A DNA stretch of 64,000 nucleotides, taken from contig JACKDU010000002.1 of assembly GCA_020633335.1 (NCBI GenBank), positions 442,730 to 506,729 on the forward strand, given 5' to 3'. The stretch is from Myxococcales bacterium (GTDB taxonomy: Bacteria > Myxococcota_A > Polyangia > Nannocystales > Nannocystaceae). The notes beneath the pieces were generated by a model. That model made no database searches. It was not told where the DNA came from and saw only the letters and a list, made by a program, of their open reading frames with translations. Numbering within the stretch: the first letter of the stretch is position 1; each line of letters starts with the position of its first letter. The position numbers were made by a program, and so were the translations under genes. Positions 8,271 through 19,548 of the stretch are shown here, piece after piece.

Positions 8271-9125
8271 CTACCCCTCGCTGATGTCTCGGTGACGGAC
8301 GATGAGCTGCGGCGGCGGCCGCGAGAGCTCGTCCCCCTCGGTGAGGCGCCGGGCGAGGCGCTCGGTGAGGGCGACGGATCGATGCTGACCACCGGTGCAG
8401 CCGATCGCAACCGTCAGGTAGGAGCGCCCTTCGCGCACCGTCCCCGGGACCAGGAAGCGGATGAAGCGCTCCATGTGGTCGAGGAGCTCGCCGGCCTCCG
8501 GCTGACCCAGCACGTAGTCCGCGACCGCAGGGTCGAGGCCGGTGAGCGGCCGCAGCTCCGGGATGTAGAAGGGGTTGGTCAGGAAGCGGACGTCGAAGAC
8601 CAGGTCGGCGAAGGCCGGGAGGCCGCTCTTGAAGCCGAACGAGAGGAGCACGAGGTGGAGGACCCCGCGGGCGCCGTAGCGGTCGCGGATCATCTGCCGG
8701 AGGTCGCGGCTGCGGAGGGTCGCGGTGTCGATCGTCGCGCTCGTCCGCGCGCGGATCGGGGCGAGGAGCGCCCGCTCCTCGTCGATCGACCCCGGGATCG
8801 GGCCCATCGGGTGCTTGCGCCGAGTCTCCGAGTAGCGGCGGACGAGGACGTCGGTCGGCGCCTCGAGGAAGAGGATCTCGAGGCTGTGGCCGGCGTCGGC
8901 GAGCGCCTGCTGGACCTCCTCGAAGTCGCGGAGGTAGGCGGGCTCGCGGGCGTCGATGCCGACCGCGACCCGGCGCCCGCCCTCGCGGTTGGCGACGAGA
9001 TCGGCGAGCTGCGGGAGGAGCGGGACCGGGACGTTGTCGACGCAGTAGAAGCCGATGTCCTCGAGCGCGTCGAGGGCGGTCGACTTGCCCGCGCCGCTCA
9101 TCCCGCTGACGACCAGGATCTCCAC
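8271..9125 (-). CDS. rapZ: RNase adapter protein RapZ (YhbJ family P-loop NTPase)
   Basis: 'MEILVVSGMSGAGKSTALDALEDIGFYCVDNVP' carries a Walker A motif, and the protein shows RapZ family conservation throughout. Confidence 0.9.
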   Translation of the reverse strand: MEILVVSGMSGAGKSTALDALEDIGFYCVDNVPVPLLPQLADLVANREGGRRVAVGIDAREPAYLRDFEEVQQALADAGHSLEILFLEAPTDVLVRRYSETRRKHPMGPIPGSIDEERALLAPIRARTSATIDTATLRSRDLRQMIRDRYGARGVLHLVLLSFGFKSGLPAFADLVFDVRFLTNPFYIPELRPLTGLDPAVADYVLGQPEAGELLDHMERFIRFLVPGTVREGRSYLTVAIGCTGGQHRSVALTERLARRLTEGDELSRPPPQLIVRHRDISEG

Positions 9126-9129
9126 CGCC

Positions 9130-10146
9130 CTACTCCACCTCGATCGCGGGCAGCGGCGCCGACTGGCTCCGGGCGATCGGCTCGGGGACGCCGGCGCCGG
9201 TCGAGGCGGCGATCCGGGCGTTGATCTTCTCCTGGAACTCGCGGGCCGAGTCGTGGCCGCGGTACTTCAGGATCTGGTTGCGGGCGACGACCTCGATGAG
9301 CGCGGCGATGTTGCGACCTGGCCGCAGGGGCATCCGCGCCAGCGGGACGTCGACCCCGAGGATCGGCCAGACCTCGTCCTCGGTGCCGAGGCGATCGTAG
9401 TCGGCGTCGTGGGCCTCGCTGAGCTCGACCACCACCTCGATCTTCTTGGTGTCGCGGACCGCCGCGACCCCGAAGAGGCTGGTGATGTTGAGGATCCCCA
9501 TCCCGCGGATCTCCATGTGGTGCTGGTGGAGCTCGGTCGCCGAGCCCCAGACGGTGTGGGGCGGCCGCACGGTGACCTCGACGACGTCGTCGGCGACCAG
9601 GCGGTGGCCCTTGAGGATCAGATCGAGCGCCGCCTCGCTCTTGCCGACGCCGCTGCGGCCGATGAGGAGGAGGCCGATCCCGTAGACGTCGACCAGCACC
9701 CCGTGGATGTGGGTGCGCGGCGCCATCATCTCCTCGAGGCGGTTGGTGACCACCGTGATCACCGTCGAGCTCATCTGCGGGCTCCGCATCACCGGCACGC
9801 GGTGGCGGCGGGCGGCCTCGAGCAGGAAGTCGGGGGCCTCGAGGCCGCGGGTGATCAGGAGGCCGCAGAGGCCGCGCCCGCAGAAGGCGTCGAGGCCGGC
9901 GATCGCCTGCTCGAGGGGGATGCTGAGGAGGTAGTCGAGCTCGGTGAGGCCGAGGATCTGCAGGCGGTCGGGGAAGACGTGCTTGACGAAGCCCGAGAGC
10001 GCGAGGCCGGCCTTCTGGATCCGCGGCCGCGTGATCTTGCGATCGAGCTCGCCCCAGTCGGAGATGAGGGAGAGCTCGAGGGTCTCCTGGCAGGCCCGAA
10101 AGAGCTGACCCACCTCGACCGTGATCTCGCGCGACATGGGCGCCAC
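9130..10146 (-). CDS. hprK: HPr kinase/phosphorylase
   Basis: 'GVLVDVYGIGLLLIGRSGVGKSEAALDLILKGHRLVADD' is the HprK P-loop and signature. 338 aa. Confidence 0.9.
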   Translation of the reverse strand: MAPMSREITVEVGQLFRACQETLELSLISDWGELDRKITRPRIQKAGLALSGFVKHVFPDRLQILGLTELDYLLSIPLEQAIAGLDAFCGRGLCGLLITRGLEAPDFLLEAARRHRVPVMRSPQMSSTVITVVTNRLEEMMAPRTHIHGVLVDVYGIGLLLIGRSGVGKSEAALDLILKGHRLVADDVVEVTVRPPHTVWGSATELHQHHMEIRGMGILNITSLFGVAAVRDTKKIEVVVELSEAHDADYDRLGTEDEVWPILGVDVPLARMPLRPGRNIAALIEVVARNQILKYRGHDSAREFQEKINARIAASTGAGVPEPIARSQSAPLPAIEVE

Positions 10147-10186
10147 TCTACACCACCCCCCGCGGCCGCTCGCGCGGCCCCTCGCC

Positions 10187-10825
10187 TCACTCCGCCGACG
10201 CGGGCTCGACCCCGTCGGCGGCCTCGATCAGCCCGTAGGTGTCGTCATCGCGGCGATAGACCACGTTGACGCCGCCGGTCTCCGCGTTGGTGAAGACGTA
10301 GAAGGCCTTGTGGACCAGGTTCATCTGCATCACGGCCTGCTCGACCGTGAGCCGCTCGGTGTCGATCTCCGAGACCTTGATCACCTTCACTTGCGGGCGC
10401 TCGGGGGCGGCCGCGACCTCGGGCCCGGCGGCGGCCTGGGCCTCGGCGGGCTCGACCTCGCCGACCTGCTCGTCGGTCTCACGCTCGGCGGCCAGGACCC
10501 CGAGGCGGACCTTGGCGCTCCGCCCCTCGTGGGCCTTGTGGTGGCGGATCCGATCCTTGTAGCGCCGGACCTGGCGCTCCATCTTCGCCAGCGCCATGTC
10601 GACCGACGAGTACATGTTCTCGGTCGCCTCGGAGGCGTGGAGCTGGAGCCCGTTGCGGAGGACGACCTCGACCTCGGCGATGTGATAGATCTTCTCGACC
10701 GAGAAGGTGCACGAGATCCTCAGCGGGTCCGCGAAGTAGCGCTTGATCTTCTCGAGGCGCTCCTCGGTGTAGCCGCGGAGGGCGTTGGAGGACTCCATCT
10801 GGCGGAAGACAAAGTGGGTCTGCAT
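10187..10825 (-). CDS. hpf: ribosome hibernation promoting factor (long HPF / sigma-54 modulation protein)
   Basis: 'MQTHFVFRQMESSNALRGYTEERLEKIKRYF...' is the RaiA/HPF N-domain. A C-terminal extension domain is present. ATG is at 10825. The track ORF extends to 10918, but the upstream residues are non-conserved. Confidence 0.85.
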   Translation of the reverse strand: MQTHFVFRQMESSNALRGYTEERLEKIKRYFADPLRISCTFSVEKIYHIAEVEVVLRNGLQLHASEATENMYSSVDMALAKMERQVRRYKDRIRHHKAHEGRSAKVRLGVLAAERETDEQVGEVEPAEAQAAAGPEVAAAPERPQVKVIKVSEIDTERLTVEQAVMQMNLVHKAFYVFTNAETGGVNVVYRRDDDTYGLIEAADGVEPASAE

Positions 10826-10868
10826 CGTGCTGGCACCTGTGGTCCCGCCGCCTTCGCCCGGCCCTGGG

Positions 10869-12353
10869 CTAGAAGAGTCGGCGGCGCTTGGAGCTCGAAA
10901 GGACGTTGAGTTGCTCACGGTACTTGGCGACCGTGCGCCGGGCGATGTCGATCCCCTCCTTGCGCAGGAGCTCGACGATCTTCTGATCGCTGTAGGGCTT
11001 CGCCGGGTCCTCGTTGTCGATCAACACCTTGATCTTGGTCTTGACCGCCTCCGAGGCCAGCTCGTCCCCGCCGCGCCGGCTGATCCCCGTGTTGAAGAAG
11101 TACTTCAGCTCGAAGATCCCCTGCGGGGTGTGAACGTACTTGTTGGTCGTCACCCGCGACACCGTCGACTCGTGCATCGAGATGTCCTCGGCGACATCCT
11201 TGAGGATCAGCGGCCGGAGGTAGTGGACTCCCTTCTCGAAGAACTCGCGCTGGAACTTGAGGATGCTCTTGGTGACCTTGACGATCGTCCGCTGCCGCTG
11301 CTGGATCGACCGGATCAGCCACTGCGCCGAGCGCAGGCGCTCGGAGATGTACTCCTTGGCCTTGGCGTCGGAGTGGATCGCCGAGCGGTAGTAGTTTGAG
11401 ATCTTGAGCTTCGGGAGGCCGTCGTCGTTGAGGGTGACGACGAAGTCGTCGCCGACCTTCTGGATGTACACGTCGGGGACGATGTACTGCGGCGACTCCG
11501 AGACGTACTCGCGGGCCGGCCGGGGATCGAGGCCCATGATCACCTTGGTCGCCTCGTAGACCTCCTCGAGCGCCTCGCCGACGTCGCGGGCGATCGCCTG
11601 GTAGTTGCGGTTCTCGAGGTTGTGGAGGTGCTTGGCGATGATCGCCAGGACCAGCGGGTCCTCGATCGGGTGCTCGGGGTGGTTGGCCTGGATCCACAGG
11701 CACTCGGCGAGGTTGCGGGCGCCGACCGCCACCGGGTCGAGGAGCTGGACCCGCCGGAGCACCGACTCCACCCGCAGCGTCGAGGTCCCGAGGCGGCGGG
11801 CGATCTGGGTGACCGAGGTGTCGGCGAGCGAGCCCGAGGCGTTGAGGCAGCGGACGATGTACTCGGCGATCTCCTCGTCGGCCGGCGAGAAGCTCGACAT
11901 CCGCACCTGCCAGAGGAGGTGCTCGTCGAGTGTCTCCGGGCGCGAGTGGGTCGCCTCGAGGGAGGGGAGCTCCTCGGAGTCACCGCCCCCGCCGGCGCCC
12001 GGATCGGGCGGCAGGTAGGTGTTGTTCTCGAGGACCGCCTCCCAGTCGAAGTTGTCGCGGTCGGGGACCTCGCCGACCTTGACCTCGTCGAGCTTGGCGT
12101 CGGCCGGCGCCTCGGCCGAGCGCTCCTCCGAGCGCTCGTCGCCGCGCTCGTCGCCGCTCGCGTCCGCGCCCTCCTCGGCCGAGGAGCCGATCTCCTGGGT
12201 GTCCTCGAGGAGCGGGTTCTCGAGGAGCTCATCACGGACCAGGTCGCTGAGCTCGATCCGCGAGAGCTGAAGCAGCTTGATGGCCTGCTGGAGCTGCGGC
12301 GTCATCACCAGCTGCTGGCTCATCCGCAGGTCGGGGCGCATCTGGAGGGCCAT
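10869..12353 (-). CDS. rpoN: RNA polymerase sigma-54 factor
   Basis: 'MALQMRPDLRMSQQLVMTPQLQQAIKLLQLSRIELSD' is sigma-54 activator-interacting region I. 'RPLILKDVAEDISMHESTVSRVTTNKYVHTPQGIFELKYFF' is the RpoN box/HTH. Start is taken at ATG 12353. Confidence 0.9.
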   Translation of the reverse strand: MALQMRPDLRMSQQLVMTPQLQQAIKLLQLSRIELSDLVRDELLENPLLEDTQEIGSSAEEGADASGDERGDERSEERSAEAPADAKLDEVKVGEVPDRDNFDWEAVLENNTYLPPDPGAGGGGDSEELPSLEATHSRPETLDEHLLWQVRMSSFSPADEEIAEYIVRCLNASGSLADTSVTQIARRLGTSTLRVESVLRRVQLLDPVAVGARNLAECLWIQANHPEHPIEDPLVLAIIAKHLHNLENRNYQAIARDVGEALEEVYEATKVIMGLDPRPAREYVSESPQYIVPDVYIQKVGDDFVVTLNDDGLPKLKISNYYRSAIHSDAKAKEYISERLRSAQWLIRSIQQRQRTIVKVTKSILKFQREFFEKGVHYLRPLILKDVAEDISMHESTVSRVTTNKYVHTPQGIFELKYFFNTGISRRGGDELASEAVKTKIKVLIDNEDPAKPYSDQKIVELLRKEGIDIARRTVAKYREQLNVLSSSKRRRLF

Positions 12354-12549
12354 CGTCGCTCTTCCTCGCTCCTCGTAGCCGCCTTCGAGGCTAGGGGTCA
12401 GGATACCAGAACCCGGACGTGTTACTAGTGTCGCGGCGGCCGCGCACACATCACCCGACACCGCGACGGGTCCCTGCCCGCTCGCGCTGCGGACCCCTGC
12501 TCCGGTGGCGCCCGGTCCTGCCCCAGAGGTCAGGTGACGCCCGCGCCGC

Positions 12550-14226
<1,677 letters not shown>

Positions 14227-14287
14227 TCACCGACCGGGCGGCGCCGAGGCGGACCGGTCCGATGCAGCGACCTCCGCGCGCGACCGG

Positions 14288-15807
14288 CTAGCGGCGCCAG
14301 CGGGCGGCCTGGCGCCAGCCCGAGGGGGTCTCGCCCTCCCCGCAGCCGCCGGCCGGCGCGCCCAGGGAGCCGGCCGCGTGGAAGGCGGCCGCCGCGGCGA
14401 TCGCCCGCGAGGTCGGCGCGTCGATCTCGGGGCTCTGCAAAAGGTGCGGATGCTCGTCGATGTAGCGGGTCGAGAAGTGCCCGGCGTTGAAGTCGGCCTC
14501 GTCGAGGACCCGGAGGTGGAAGGCGATGTTGGTCTGGATCCCCAGGAGGACGGTCTCGCGGAGCGCCTCCCGCATCCGCCGGATCGCCGTCGGCCGATCC
14601 GGGCCCCAGACCGTGAGCTTGGCGATCATCGGGTCGTAGAAGGAGGAGACCTCGCTGCCGCTGGCGACCGCCGTGTCGACCCGGATGTTGCCGCCGACCG
14701 GCCAGCGGGCGAAGTGCACCGGGCCCGGCGAGGGCAGGAAGCGGACCGGATCCTCGGCGTAGAGGCGGCACTCGATCGCGTGGCCGTGGAGCTCGACGTC
14801 CTCCTGGGTGTAGCCGAGGGGCTCGCCGGCGGCGACACGGATCTGATCGAGGACGAGATCGCGGTTGCAGGTCGCCTCGGTCACCGGGTGCTCGACCTGG
14901 AGGCGCGTGTTCATCTCGAGGAAGTAGAAGCGCGGCCCCTCCTCGGTCTCCTCGAAGAGGAACTCGACCGTGCCGGCGCCGCTGTAGCCGACCGCCTTGG
15001 CCGCCTTGACCGCGACCTCGCCCATCGCCCGCCGGATCGCCGGGCTCATCTGCGGGCTCGGGCTCGGCGCCTCCTCGATCACCTTCTGGTGGCGGCGCTG
15101 GACCGAGCAGTCGCGCTCGTTGAGGTAGACGGCGTTGCCGTGGTTGTCGGCCATCACCTGGATCTCGACGTGGCGGGCCCGCATCACCGCCCGCTCCATC
15201 AGCATCCGGCCGTCGCCGAAGGCCGCGGTCGCCTCGCGGGTCGCGCCCTCGAAGGCCCGCCGGAGATCCTCGCGGCGGTGGACGATCCGCATCCCCTTGC
15301 CGCCGCCGCCGGCCGACGCCTTGAGCATCACCGGGAAGCCGATCGACTCGGCGGCCGCGAGCGCGTCCTCGGCCGACTCGAGGTCGTTGACGCCGGGGAC
15401 CACCGGCACGCCGGCGGCGGCCATCGCCTTGCGCGCCCGGACCTTGTCGCCCATCACGTTCATCGCCTCGGCGGGCGGGCCGATGAAGACGATCCCGGCC
15501 GACGCGCAGGCGTCGACGAAGACCGCGCGCTCGCTGAGGAAGCCGTAGCCCGGATGGATCGCCTCGGCGCCGGTCGCCCGGGCGGCGGCGATGATCTTCT
15601 CGATGCTCAGGTAGCTCTCGCTCGCCGCGGCGCCGCCGAGATGGACCGCCTCGTCAGCGCCGGCGACGTGGAGACCGCCCCGGTCGGCGTCCGAGTAGAC
15701 CGCGACGGTGCTGATCCCCTGCTCGGCGCAGGTCTTGAAGACCCGGAGGGCGATCTCACCGCGATTGGCGACCAGGATCTTGCGGAACGTCGGCTTGGTC
15801 ATCATCG
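14288..15807 (-). CDS. accC: biotin carboxylase (acetyl-CoA/pyruvate carboxylase biotin-carboxylase subunit family); no BCCP domain
   Basis: 'KILVANRGEIALRVFKTCAEQGISTVAVYSDAD...HPGYGFLSE' and ATP-grasp motifs 'GGGGKGMRIV' and 'EMNTRLQVEHPVTE' are present. Start is the ATGATG at 15807. Confidence 0.85.
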
Positions 15808-16027
15808 GCCGGGGGATCGGTAGCACAGGCCGGCGAGCATTCGCCAGCGCCGCCGCCCGCGGGCCCGGTCGGTCCGCCGTCCTCGATCGGCCGCGCGACC
15901 GACGGCGGCGGCGGCGGCGGCCACTTCGGCGGCGGCGCACGGCCCACGCACCCCGTGAGCAGGCCACAAAACACGACGAGGCCGAGCGCAGGGCCCGGCC
16001 TCGTCAGGAGCTGGGAGCGAGGGTCGC

Positions 16028-16609
16028 TCAATCGTCCGAGTCGTCCTCCGACTCGTCCTCCGACTCGTCCTCGAGGTCGCCAAGGTCGGAGTCGTCGAGA
16101 TCCCCGAGGTCCTCGTCGAGATCGTCGCCGCTGTCGAGATCGCCCTCGTCGTCGCTGCTCGACTCGTCCTCGTCGTCCGAGCTCTCCTCCTCGTCCTCCT
16201 CCTCGTCCTCCTCGTCCTCGGAGTCGTCGTCGGTCTTCTCCTTGGGCTTGGTGCCGAGCTTCTCGAGGTCCGCGGTGAGCTCCTCGATGTCGGCGCCGAC
16301 CTCCTCGCCCTCGTCGCCCTCGAGGCTGAAGGCCGCCGCGTCGAGGTAGGAGCCGTCGCCGGTGCTCGCCTTGAGGCGGCTCCGCTGCTCCTCGATGAAC
16401 TCGACCATCACGCCGTCGACGTCCTCGACGAAGCGGACGTGATCGTCGCCGATCTCGCGGAGCGCCGTGACGGCGCTCTTGTTTTCGCACTCGACCAGCG
16501 CCCGGCCCTTGCCCTCGAGGAGGGAGCGAGCACGCCGTGACGCGAGGATCGTCAGGGCGAAGCGGTTGGGGACGCGTGCGAGGCAGTCTTCGACGGTGAC
16601 GCGGGCCAT
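16028..16609 (-). CDS. rpoZ: DNA-directed RNA polymerase subunit omega with ~115-aa poly-acidic C-terminal tail
   Basis: N-terminus 'MARVTVEDCLARVPNRFALTILASRRARSL' is the classic RpoZ core. The C-terminal half is almost entirely D/E/S (DDSEDEEDEEEDEEESSDDEDESSSDDEGDLDSGDD...). Confidence 0.8.
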   Translation of the reverse strand: MARVTVEDCLARVPNRFALTILASRRARSLLEGKGRALVECENKSAVTALREIGDDHVRFVEDVDGVMVEFIEEQRSRLKASTGDGSYLDAAAFSLEGDEGEEVGADIEELTADLEKLGTKPKEKTDDDSEDEEDEEEDEEESSDDEDESSSDDEGDLDSGDDLDEDLGDLDDSDLGDLEDESEDESEDDSDD

Positions 16610-16679
16610 GGGCGGGCGAGTATGGAGAGTCGCGCTCCGCCGCGCAAGCCTATTGAGCGCCCGCGACCTCGCGCGTCGA

Positions 16680-17114
16680 CTACATCTCGACGAGGAGCTG
16701 CTGGCCGCGCTCCCGGAGCTCGATGCTGTCGGCGACCCACTTGATGAAGGCGACGGCGTGCTCGCCGCTGAAGCGGAAGGCCTCGGCGAGCTCGACCAGC
16801 GCCTCCCGCTCGCCCTCGACCAGGCGGCTGTCGGCGAAGGCGGCGCGGACGGCCTGGTAGTAGAGGAAGATCCGGGCCTCGCGGTGGGTCACCGAGTGGG
16901 CGACCTCGACGAGGTCGCTCGGGTTGGTGAACTCACGGCGGACGAGATCGCGCTCCTCGGGGAGGAGCATCATCTGGCCCATCAGCTCCTCGACAAAGTG
17001 CCGCTCGCTGTCAGAGACCTGCTCGTCCCTGGACGCCATGATGGCCACCGCGCGGGCGACAGCGACCTGCTCCTCGGGGGTGATGAGCTCTGCGATCGGA
17101 AACTCGAGCATCAC
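16680..17114 (-). CDS. TerB-like (tellurite-resistance TerB / DjlA-N family) protein
   Basis: 144 aa, all-helical. 'DEQVSDSERHFVEELMGQM' and 'DSRLVEGEREALVELAEAF' are the paired acidic helices typical of TerB-like domains. Confidence 0.45.
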   Translation of the reverse strand: MMLEFPIAELITPEEQVAVARAVAIMASRDEQVSDSERHFVEELMGQMMLLPEERDLVRREFTNPSDLVEVAHSVTHREARIFLYYQAVRAAFADSRLVEGEREALVELAEAFRFSGEHAVAFIKWVADSIELRERGQQLLVEM

Positions 17115-17351
17115 TTCTCTCCAGGCCCCAGGCTACCGCAACTCGCCGCCCGCTGACCACCGGCGAGAGCGCCCCCCGGCGGCGTCTTCGGGCGGCGGCC
17201 GGGCGGCCGATGTCCGCCACCGCCCCGGACCGCGGCCAACGGGGCGCGAACGCGGATTTATTCCCGATGCGTCGCTGCGCCACGTCACCCCGGGCCCGCG
17301 GGATCTCTCCCCACGGGCGCGGGCTGGCGGGCGCAGGCCGGCGGACGCGGG

Positions 17352-19013
17352 CTAGCGGGCGCTCAGCTCCGCGGGGCGGTGGAAGATCTTCCCGGGATCG
17401 AGCTCGACCGTCCGCTCGTCGTCGCCGACCGCGAAGCGGATCGAGTGCTCCGCCGGGTCGAAGCCCTCGGGCAGCGGCACCTTCACGTTGAGGACCGGGT
17501 AGTGGGGCCGCACGCTCACCTTGGCGGCCTCCTCGAAGACCTGGCCGCCGACCGTGAAGCGGACAACGTGGTCGCTCGAGCGCTCGCTCGCGGTCACGTC
17601 GTCGAAGCTCCCGGGCACCGTCCACCACTCCTCCTCGCCGTCGGGGGTGATCGCGCCGATCAGCAGGCCGGGGCCGGGGCCGGGATCGGCGGGCGGGGCC
17701 TCGTTCTCCCACGCCGAGAGGGTCCTGATCCGCTCGTAGGTCGCGTTCCACTGCCAGTCCGAGCACCAGGTCGGCCCGCAATAGGACATGTAGTCCTTGG
17801 TCGCGGTCGGGTGGTGGAGGCCGAAGTCGCGGATCCCGAAGCCCCAGACGCCGATGTTGCCGTTGCTGTAGGGGTAGCTGGGATCGGTGCCCGCGGCCCC
17901 GCCGTTCGGGCAGTCGATGTGCCGGCGCCCCTGGGTGTGGCCGATCTCGTGGACGAAGGTCGACGGGGCGGCCCCCTCCCCGCCGATGCTGTCGAGCTGA
18001 CCGGCCGCCGCCCGGCCCGACGCGTCGCTCTTGGCGGGGCCGGTGATGTCGGCCGCGAGTCCGACGGTGCAGCCCGCGTTGATCCCGCCGCCGCCGCCGA
18101 TGCACTTCCCGCAGCTCTTGAAGCTCCCGTAGTAGTAGACCTCCGGCGGCGCGCCGTCGGCGGCCCGGAGCTGGCTCATCTCGTTGACCAGCTTGCTGAG
18201 GCCGTTCATCGTCCCGAGATCGTAGGTGACCTTGTGCGGCGGGCGAGCGATCAGCTCGATCGACTCGAGCCCGTTCTGCTCGAAGATCGCGTCCTCGAAG
18301 CTCTTGAGGAGCGCCTCGGCGTCGACCACCTCGTTGCAGCCGCCGTAGCTGTAGTCGACCGGGACCAGGACGACCCGCATGTTCTGGTAGGAGTCCTCGA
18401 CGCCGACCAGCGCGTTCGAGCCGTCGTAGGGGAAGATGGGGTTGCCCTCGGGCTCGCTCTCATGGCCGAACTCGGTCTCCCAGAGGGAGATCGAGTACTT
18501 CACGCCGGGCTGCATGAGGTCGGCCGGGATCCCGAAGAAGGGGCCGCTGGCGACCGCGCTCTCGCGAGAATCGGACGAGATCTCGAACTCGTCCTCGAAC
18601 TCCTCGACGGTGCCGTCGGCCTGGGTGACCTTGAGGACACCTCGGATCGTCCGGGTCACCCAGCCCTCGGGGACCGTCACGTAGGCCCGGATCAGGGTGT
18701 CGCGGCGCGGCGGGATGTAGGCGTTGCGGCCGCTGCCCCCGACCGCGCCGCCGTTGAGGCCGATCGGCACGGCGACGCCGGGGTTCGCCTCGACCTTGAT
18801 GATCGAGACGCCGTGCGCCGGGTAGGGCTCGAAGGGGACGCCCGTCGTCGCCTCGGTCGCCACTCCGGTCCCTTCGGTCGCGCCGCTGGTGCCGGTGGCG
18901 AGACCGGTGGTCGCGCTTGCGTTCGAGTCAGAGCCGGAGTCCTTGTCGTCACCACACGCGGAGGCCGAGAGGGTAAGGACGGTGGAGAGCAGGGGAACAG
19001 CTACGCGGCGCAT
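17352..19013 (-). CDS. secreted zinc metalloprotease lipoprotein (HExxH: FVHEIGHTQGRRH)
   Basis: Lipoprotein signal 'MRRVAVPLLSTVLTLSASACGDD' (start ATG 19013). Motif 'HEIGHTQGRRHIDC' is a metzincin/M-family-like zinc site. Ser/Thr/Gly-rich linker follows the lipobox. Confidence 0.6.
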   Translation of the reverse strand: MRRVAVPLLSTVLTLSASACGDDKDSGSDSNASATTGLATGTSGATEGTGVATEATTGVPFEPYPAHGVSIIKVEANPGVAVPIGLNGGAVGGSGRNAYIPPRRDTLIRAYVTVPEGWVTRTIRGVLKVTQADGTVEEFEDEFEISSDSRESAVASGPFFGIPADLMQPGVKYSISLWETEFGHESEPEGNPIFPYDGSNALVGVEDSYQNMRVVLVPVDYSYGGCNEVVDAEALLKSFEDAIFEQNGLESIELIARPPHKVTYDLGTMNGLSKLVNEMSQLRAADGAPPEVYYYGSFKSCGKCIGGGGGINAGCTVGLAADITGPAKSDASGRAAAGQLDSIGGEGAAPSTFVHEIGHTQGRRHIDCPNGGAAGTDPSYPYSNGNIGVWGFGIRDFGLHHPTATKDYMSYCGPTWCSDWQWNATYERIRTLSAWENEAPPADPGPGPGLLIGAITPDGEEEWWTVPGSFDDVTASERSSDHVVRFTVGGQVFEEAAKVSVRPHYPVLNVKVPLPEGFDPAEHSIRFAVGDDERTVELDPGKIFHRPAELSAR

Positions 19014-19133
19014 GTCAGATAAGGTAGTTATAATACTTGGACAGCCAACGCTATCGACGAGCGACACAGCGCGCAGGAATTGACGAGATCTTCCTCACTC
19101 GTCGTTCGACGATGCTGACGCGCCGAGCGCCGG

Positions 19134-19162
19134 TTGACAGGCTCGATCCGCCTGGGTCATAT
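19134..19162 (+). promoter_or_regulatory. sigma-70-like promoter (TTGACA-17 nt-TCATAT) for the riboswitch/btuB transcript
   Basis: ttgaca at 19134-19139 and tcatat at 19157-19162 give 17-nt spacing, about 25 nt upstream of the riboswitch. Confidence 0.35.
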
Positions 19163-19184
19163 CCGCTCAACAACTGAATGGCCT

Positions 19185-19350
19185 GCGGTCACGCCCGAGG
19201 ACGGCGTGAAAAGAGGGAAGTCGGTGAAGATCCGACGCGGCTCCCGCCACTGTGATCGGTGACGAGGTCTGCAAAGAGCCACTGGGGGAGAAACCCTGGG
19301 AAGGCGCAGACCGAGGATGACCCGAAAGCCAGGAGACCTGCCGCAGGCGA
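19185..19350 (+). promoter_or_regulatory. cobalamin (AdoCbl) riboswitch
   Basis: Near-consensus elements in order: 'agaGGGAAGtcGGTGaAgATCCgacGCGGCTCCCGCCACTGTga', then 'GCCACTGGGggagaaaccctGGGAAGGC' (B12 box), then 'GAcccGaaAGCCAGGAGACCTGCCgc'. It lies in the 5' leader of a TonB-dependent receptor gene. Confidence 0.88.
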
Positions 19351-19548
19351 CCTCGCCGCCCCGCTCGATGCGGGGCGCGGTCCACGGGAGGATGGACCGG
19401 AGCGCCCGCGTTCGGCGGGCTCCCGCCTCCCTGGAATTGGTGAGACGGGAGCGAACTCGCCATCACACGCCGACGCCCCTACCCCCCTCTCTTCAGCGCC
19501 CTCGCCGGACTCCTCGGCGCCGCCACAGCAGCGGCGCCTGCCGCGGCG

